From Balanoglossus misakiensis (lineage: Eukaryota > Animalia > Hemichordata), in assembly GCA_040954595.2 (NCBI GenBank), contig CM082576.2:10419129-10483128 (forward strand): DNA of 64,000 nt, read 5' to 3'. Every line of letters starts with the position of its first letter. The first letter of the stretch is position 1. This document shows positions 56,001-64,000 of this stretch, one piece after another. The notes below the pieces were generated by a model, which saw only the letters and a program-made list of their open reading frames with translations, was not told the DNA's origin and did not search any database. The translations under genes were made by a program, and so were the position numbers.

Positions 56001-59000
56001 ACCTTTCAATTCTAAATGTAATCTCTTACAAATGAATGGTCGCCAACTAATGTTGCAATCAATATCTTTGAGCAGAAATCAGGAAATTGCCATTTTAAAT
56101 ATTTTATGTCAGAAAATGCCAACCACTTTATTTCTTAATCTTTTTACAGAACATAGAACCTTTTACAAAAAATGTTTGATGTCTGTTGTCACAAGAGTGA
56201 TGTCATCTGTGTTCTGTAGTTGGTATTTTTCCCCAGTTTAATTATGTCAGGAAAACCTGTGCCAATTTTGGCAGTCATGTTGTAAATGAAATGTGTGATT
56301 CCCCTTTCACCACTGACGCTCAACATCTTGTGCATATATTCAAGTGGTGTTTTTAGGGCAGGGTACTTGTTTGTATCGGCATATCGCTGTGTCGTACACA
56401 TCTAATCGTGGGCTTGTGACAATGGTGAATATGCATGTTACATGTATAAGTGGTGGGTTTTGGGGGTTGGTATGAAGACTGTTCAGATGTACACTGTGTA
56501 GAATTGATTTTTCATACAGGTGGATTATAAGTTCACTCCTTGGTCCTTGAGCTGTGAATTATTCACTTCTAGAAATTAATGCGTAAAGGCAAATCTGATC
56601 TCACATTTCATGTGTATTTTCCATGTTGTCATGGTTACCTAAGTTCCCGGTCTAATTGATTCTCTCTCATGAGTCAACACACTCCAGCCCACATGCTGCC
56701 AACTCGTCTTGAAAGAACAGTCATATTTCTCTCTTGAATGTCAGCACTTGTTTGTTTCTATTTGACGATGTTATAAATAAATTCAGTGTGTTATCTTAAC
56801 TTTTTTTCAATATTTTTTTTTGTCCTTTGCAGAAACTTCTCGTACTGTTACCGGATTACATCCATGAAAGATGGCAGTTCCACAGCATAGGTGAGTGTCC
56901 CGGATATCATTCCATATGATTGGTGCCCCGCGGTTGCAGCGTTCTCAGAACGGGTCAAATGTTCACTTAGCCTCTGTCTGCACACTACATGAAGGAGTGA
57001 TTTTTAATCGCAGACGTTCGCTTTTGCACGTACGAGCCGAGGGCAGCTTCCGTTCCTTGCAGAATGTCAAAATGAATCCCTTGCAATGTTATATGTAGGT
57101 TGCTTCATTTCTGGCGTGATGGCAGATAATGAAGTTTCTTTGATTTTTGCAGTTTCTGCAGCTCAGTAGAGGGCAAATGCACAACTTACTGGACCGTAGG
57201 AAAGACCTGTGTAATGTACATGTAGCTAGCCGGTGTCCCGATAAAGCCATTGTATAGGCATTTGATGATTAAAGCTAAACTGGGGACCAGTTTATTACTG
57301 AGAAATACTGAGAAAATACTTAAGAAAATAGCTGGAGTTACTGGAGTTTTAATGAAGACTCGAACAACCTGCAAGGCAGTGTTTATCCTGGCAGCGGTGT
57401 GTCCAAGAAAGAAGCTGTAATGGAGTTTCGTAGTCTCAGGTGTGCTCAATGCTGCTGGTCTAGAGGCGTGACCTATTTTTGCTTTTGGGCATTTCAATGT
57501 ACATACCTGACTGATTGGCTGCACCTGACTGGTACCCTTGGGGAGTTGGCTAACTCCATACTCATTTTAGTAATAAACCAATAAACATTTATAATGTACA
57601 AATACATGTCCATCAGTATTGCTATATGTTTCCATTCATTTCAGATGCAATGTACATTAATTTCAGCATCGAAATGATATGTAGGTTTTCTTAGATATAA
57701 TACATGTAGGCTTATCAAAAAAAAAGTAAATGGGTAGAAAGTTTCACACCACATCCCCTTGGAAGAAGCATCTACTACAGAAAGTAAGAACAATGAATTT
57801 ACACACAGGTGGTATCATACAGACCCTTTGCCATCAAAGATACTGTGGTAAAGGATATGATGCCACCCACAGTAAACTGGTTGTGCCAAGGAAGGGCTTT
57901 GATAGAAATATGCTCATCCGACCGAGAAACCAAACATTATTTATATTTTGCTAAATGTTGCGACGACTTCTCAGAATCTTGTTTGGTCCTGAGGTGTATG
58001 AAATATTGATGGCGATGTCTGGGCATAAGGTTGTTGTTTAGCAGTCTTGCAGGCAAGGGAATTACCACGAAGGGGAGTCATTTCAATTGAAAGGGACAAG
58101 ATGTATCATGTGAGACCCTGCGGTGTGGATGATGAGAGCGCAGAGAAAGAAAGAACATGTACGGCATCCCTTGTTAGCTCTTACTTCTTCATGCTAATTA
58201 AAGTGTAATGAAGTTTTCTGTGATGCCGCAGAGTGTCTTGCTGTTCTCTGTCGCTCGGGTGAAAATATGCGAGTTGTCCAATTCAATGACTGCCATCAGT
58301 ACCTGCACACGAGTGTAAGATTAAATATAGATCTTGCCAGGATGGATGAAACCAGTAGGTGCTCAGTGTTTGAGACGTTTTGTCTTGTTCCAGTCACGCG
58401 GAGACAGTGGAGCGTGCTGCTGGTTAATTCACGGTTTCTTTGAAAGAAATTATTTTATGTCTGATCTCTCCTAGGTCGTCTTCTGAAGAAGTTACTGCAC
58501 CCTGGAAATGCTCTGAAGGTAAAAAAAAAGAATTGTCTTCTTGCTGTCCACAGTATTGTCAATTATTGAATACGCGTGTCGTGTACATGGAGCCCCTTTG
58601 AGAAATAACCAGGCGCATTAAATATGAAAAGAACCCTGTGCAGAGTTTTTGATCGGGGTGAATGCTTGCTTGTTGCAATGTTAGAAAAACATCACGAAGT
58701 GCCACTTCTATCTCAGAGGTTGCCAACTTCATAGAGAGGGAGAGATTTATGGATTTACACAGAACCATTGTGTCCTGCATTCGTGTAATTTGGTCCAAAC
58801 ACACTTATACTATTAAAGTGAGATATGCTTTGAATAATTTACTTTCTATTTGAACGCAATCATGTTACAATGCTACATGTTTTTCAACATTGTTTGTCCT
58901 ACAGCAAGACTTTAGAGGAGCATATGTGCCGTATAGTTACAATAAATATTTCCCCATACATAAATTTGGGTGTCTCTCTTTTGCAGCTCCGGCGAGAAGG

Positions 59001-62000
59001 TATCCGGTTGTTTTTGCTGTGGTTCCAAGCGCTGCAAGAGCACGCCAACGAGGAATGCTACCTGATCTATGCAACCTTAGTTCCGGGATTTCCACAGCCC
59101 GAAGGCAACTCCGGCATCCACACCCTGGACAGCCTCATCAACAACTCAGCTAGGCCTCCTTCTAGTGTCTTCCTAGATTGTAAGTGCTGGCGTAACGTGT
59201 ACTACAGTACTTGAATCTACACTCTGTTGCTGTAATTGCACATGATACTTGTAATGGTGTGAAGTGAAGTGCAGTGAGAGATCTTAAAGGGAATGAGTCG
59301 TCGCGCCGTGTGGGTGTCCCCCTTGATGAGAATATGTCCTCCCATACCAGCGCAAACCCCACTCTGACTGCAGTCGCCACGACTGCTAGGATCTTCAGTT
59401 GCTGTCATGTCCCGTCTACGCTACGGTCGGCTGCTTCGTTCATTCTAAGAATTATCTAATAAACAAACAAACGTGGCGTGACGACCCATCACTTTAACCG
59501 TCTTGAAGATTTGTAGCATAAGCCCACTTAAGCACGGGATGAATTTGGTGATTTTTGGACTGATTCAAACCAGCAGCTCACTGCTCATCACTAGTTTTTC
59601 TACTCATACCTCAAATTGTGTATGAAAGAATGAAGGAGACATAGGAGAGAGACAGGCACATCCACACTCATGATTCATATACACATGTACACACACACAC
59701 TGTGTGAGTACCTCTTGTTGATAATCTGCCTCCTCCATTCTTCTCCCAGTTACTGCGACTGCTGTCACTCCCGTAGAAATAACGCCTCTCATTTCGCCAC
59801 AGTCCGGAGAGAAGGTTCCGGAAAACGTCACAAAATTTTTACTGGAAGCGGTGCTCCACTTCAGCGTCACACAGGTAAGAACAACCAACCAACCAACCAA
59901 CCAACCAACCAACCAACCAATCAACCAACCAACCAAAGAGCTTCAGCTACAGAACATGCCACCTTGGATTTCTCTGTTAAAAATTTATAAAATGCAGAGA
60001 AGTTAATTATCTACACAACCAAGGTTGATTGAAAAAGCATACACAACATGTAATAAGCAGAGTGTGGTGGTTGATTAATCGTTCCATTAAAATGTCTCTG
60101 AGGACCTGTGGTCTTGAAAAGCTGTTTAGCATTTGATGTAATTGCATTAGGTTGCCCAATACGGATATTGTGTTAGCAAATTGCGTCAGGTTTCTCTGAC
60201 TTGGTGAAAGCCGTACATCAGTGCAATTGAATACCTCTCCCTTCAATTAAAGAGCAATGCAGGTAGATTTGCCGTTTTTAATTTAAGTACTGTAGACATT
60301 TCATTACAAGTGTTGAACATCGCTCCAGAAATGCTCTGTTTTCATCTGGGAATATTGATGCAGTGGTATGAATGGAAAGTCAGTGTAACCTTTTACTGAA
60401 GTCACTGTATATTCATTAGATGTTTTGCAATGTTCGGTTCTGGAGTGCATTATGCCATAGGTTACCTAGGGGCTGGCCAGAATTCAAAGGGTTATCGACT
60501 GAAAAACCCACAACATAAGCATTGCCCGCACTCATGAGGTACATGTATGCATGAACACTGAAATAACTCAGTTCTTCCTATTTTATTCTAGATCAATAAG
60601 ATGGAGTGGAAGAATGAAGAAAGAAAAGAAAAGGGTTTTATATTTTTATTTGAAAATTTTAAAAAATACTACCTGCCGGAAATTTTTCCTGAGCTGTCAC
60701 AGAAGACAAGCATTTACGATCCTGTTTTAGGTGGGTGAAATTGCATGAAAAAAACAAAACCCTTTGAAATTTTTTTGAACAATTTGCTCTTGAAGAAATA
60801 ATACATCAAGCATATCAGCTAAATAACACGTATATATTTGACGTGACACAAGGTGGTTCAGATTGTATCACCATGGAAATTTGATGATTATTTTGTATGC
60901 TAATATTTCCCCAGGTCTCAGATATTTCTTTTTCTAGATAAAAAGCACCCCATATTTACCTCATGCCTACATGATGTATAGCTGCATATTGGGGAATATA
61001 TACATTTGATATGTTCAAAATGTACCAGTGCAGGTTAGCCTGATGTCTATAAATCTTCTTTTTCACTGCGATGTTAATTGTTTACATTTCCCTCCTTGCA
61101 GATATTCCGGAATTCCATTCTGATCAGGTGGACACCAGCAGGAGAAATCCCATATCTGCGTGCAGAGTCAGTGTCATTAGGTGGGTGGTGGCATTCACTA
61201 GCACCAGGAAACACACTCCGAAGTCCAGGTGAGTTTCACTGGGGATGGCTGGAAATGTACCGTTTTCATCGTTAGTGTATACTGTATTAATATAATATTA
61301 TATTTAATAACATAGTAGAATTCCTTCCAGAATGCAGTGTTGAGAATATTCTTACATGTAAGAAAGCACTCACCCATGAGAATTTATTTGTACATCGTGG
61401 CTAATCACGCGCATGTTTTCCGTAGAACACTGCAGTAATCTGCGTGCAACATTTCATTCTGGGATAGGCCAATTGTGATCCCTGATCTATCGACTTTTTT
61501 GTTTTCCCAGCGTCGGCGACGAGGGGACGCTGAAGCGAGAGGACAGCAAAGACACGGCGGACAGTGGCAAGCTCACAGATCGAGAGGAGAGCAACCCACC
61601 CAGCAACTCCAGCACGCTGACCAGTCAGTCGGACAGGGACACCAGTACATCCAGCATTAGTAGCATAGAGGAGAACCAGCTGCACACGGATGCAGAGATT
61701 GTCAGAGAAGTGCTCTACTCCAACAGGGCTAACATCGACTTTGTTCATGAGATATTCAGACAGGTGGGTTGCGTACACATCTTTAAAATGAATGAGATAA
61801 AAAAAGGCCATAAAAGAGCTGGAATTATGAAAATAAAGCACTTAACCACGTCCACGCAATGTTATACTGTACCACTATCAAGAGAGCTTTACTAGCAAAC
61901 TAATACATTCATAAACCAAATGAGAGTGTATGAGCAGTGTGGTTTTATTTGAGGGCTTTGTGTGTGAAAATCATTATTTCTGCACCCCCTGCAGGCATTC

Positions 62001-63978
62001 CTACTTACTTCCAAAGAAGCCACAACAGTGAGAAAAGTTATCAGGGTCTATCAAGATTGGATCCAGGTAATTATCTTGTCTCGGGTTCTGCTTTTATCAT
62101 GTCAAGGTCAAGGTAACAGGATTCTGAATGTATCATTTGTGAAAAAGGAAATATTGCTACATGTACCTCGTACGCTCGTAAATGTTTCAGAATGCATGAT
62201 CAGATATGGAATTTGAACCAAATTTTAGGATGTTTTTTCATGACCTCTTTTGGGGTAGAAACATATCCATGTATGAATTAGTTGCTGACTTGTCAGTGCT
62301 CATTTTTTTTCCAGCAAGATGAAAAGCCAGTGTTCATGTTTGAGCCGAGCGACATGGTTTTGTCGGCGTCGTTTGAAATGTCGACTGACAGCCCCGACTC
62401 GCCGCGTTACATGGATGAAAGCGCGGAACTGGGCGGGCAGCTGCGGAGCATAGGGAATCAGGTGAGTGCATCATGTGACTTGGTCACATGACTAGCGTGA
62501 TCTTATACCACTGTTGTTGTCTGTCCTTTTATGTGATTTATTGTGATGGGTTTGGGGCATTCTGTAATGTGGCCAACATTGGTACTGACATAGAGTTTGA
62601 AGTCCCATAAAACATACAGAAAAGAAATTGGAATTTATACGATGAGGTTTCTTCAGGCATGTGGAATGTCTGGGGTCATTTTCATCGTGTGCTGCGATTT
62701 ACAAACAGTTACCGGTAACTGTGAAATATGCTCGACCTGAAGATTTTTTATAGTTCCACTCACCTTGGTTGAGACTAAAAAAATGACGGAAGAAATACAT
62801 TATAGCCAGACAATGATAAGATAACCATTAGCACATTGGATTCCACAGACGGAGATGGGGCCGGGAGCCACGGCAGCCAACACAACGAGTCCACACATTC
62901 CGGGGGTGCCCTACAAGAGATTTTCGCAAAACTATACTTACCTTGGTGCAATAAACCACACAGTGGAAGAGGCCGCGGAGCAGTGCAATGTCAGGGCGGG
63001 TCAGCAGGCCACCTTGCAGGTCTTCATTACAAATTCTGCCAACGTATTACTACTTGAGCCAGTCAACTTCACCGCAAAAGTACTTGACGATCAGGTGGGT
63101 TTCCATGCTCTCGTAATCAGCGGCCGTGTAGTTTGTGCACAGCAACGATGTACAGTTATGACTTTACGTGATATAAGCTTTGCCAGATTTGTATGCAGTA
63201 ACAGTTTGTATGATAGGAACGTAACATTTTCAGCAAAATTTCATATGGAACTTTTTGCACCATAATTTCATAAATACATACAATGGAACTATATAGTGAA
63301 GGAATGGTATGTTGCCAGCTCACGACTGCTGACTCGACAAAATTCAATGAAGAGAGGTTTTTTGGGTGTCTTGTATTACAACAAACCACATAGTTCTCCA
63401 GTGTCTATCATGTTACTTTATAGTTTCTCCCCAAAATCATGAATATTTTATGTGGTGTTCCTACAGGTTGATATGTGCAAGAGAGTTTTACACATTTACA
63501 GGCATATGGTGATGAATGTTCATATGTCGCAGAGAACTTGGTGAGTTCATTACTGGGAACACCAACATCAACTAAAGAATATTACAATACTCAAAAAAAG
63601 CCAATTTTCAACTATTGTACTTTTGCTTCGATGGTTAGATTAGGATGTAGGGATAACTAAACCTTGACTGCCACAAAATTTTAATTTCTGTGGTTATTTC
63701 AATTCCCTGAAGAGTTTCCCCCTAAAATAGTGTCCTTTTGATTACATTTGTCCAAGATTACATGCTTCACCTAGTATTCGGAAACTTACAAAAGAAAGGC
63801 ACCATCTGCAATTTCACTATTTTTCAAATCTGTTCTCTTTTTTGTTTCCGTCTTCCTCGACTGCAGGGAACAATTGCTGATGGTGCTACTACGGATTACA
63901 CACGCCATACTTAAAAAGCCACCTGACAAAGGCAACAGAAAGTCCCTCAATAAGGAACTAGCAGCTGTTCTGTTCCAG
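48030..63978 (+). CDS. RALGAPA: Ral GTPase-activating protein subunit alpha, 5' part (continues beyond the window)
   Basis: Fourteen exons: ~48030-48135, 53081-53241, 56833-56890, 58475-58518, 58986-59179, 59750-59874, 60592-60730, 61101-61228, 61511-61763, 61995-62066, 62315-62460, 62849-63093, 63466-63540, 63867-63978. [95 protein letters not shown] and [12 protein letters not shown] match RALGAPA1/2. Confidence 0.96.
52972..53061 (+). repeat. (GAT)n microsatellite in RALGAPA intron 1
   Basis: Interrupted GAT/GAC run ending about 20 nt before the exon 2 acceptor at 53080. Confidence 0.95.
59284..59497. mobile_element. Second TTAA-flanked MITE-like element in RALGAPA intron 5
   Basis: Left end TTAAAGGGAATGAGTCGTCGCGCC; the reverse complement of the right end reads TTAAAGTGATGGGTCGTCACGCC. 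These are imperfect ~20-bp TIRs with TTAA on both sides. Confidence 0.65.
59883..59935 (+). repeat. (AACC)n microsatellite
   Basis: About 13 AACC units just after the RALGAPA exon 6 donor. Confidence 0.95.
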
Positions 63979-64000
63979 GTAAACATTGAATTCAGTGATG

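Overview
Eukaryotic, intron-rich, gene-dense animal DNA. Protein similarity and gene content suggest an invertebrate deuterostome such as a hemichordate or echinoderm (inference only). Most entries in the six-frame ORF track are spurious or single exons, so gene models were assembled by hand from splice sites and reading-frame continuity. Gene order: pecanex/PCNX 3' end (+), MED6 (+), TFB2M (-), DCAF5 (+), DPF/d4-requiem (+), a signal-peptide JmjC protein with an EF-hand and C-terminal HDEF (+), an unidentified 199-aa secreted 8-Cys protein (+), MTX2 (+), COMMD7 (-), two tRNA-Thr(CGU) genes (+), ZFYVE21 (-), and the 5' part of RALGAPA (+). Also present are TTAA-flanked MITEs, microsatellites and two GC-AG introns. 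The best candidates for new biology are the apparently catalytically intact ER-luminal Ca2+-binding JmjC oxygenase, the adjacent orphan secreted protein, and a possible N-terminally extended RALGAPA isoform. No CRISPR, rRNA or prokaryotic features were seen. Family assignments come from recalled sequence motifs, not database searches.
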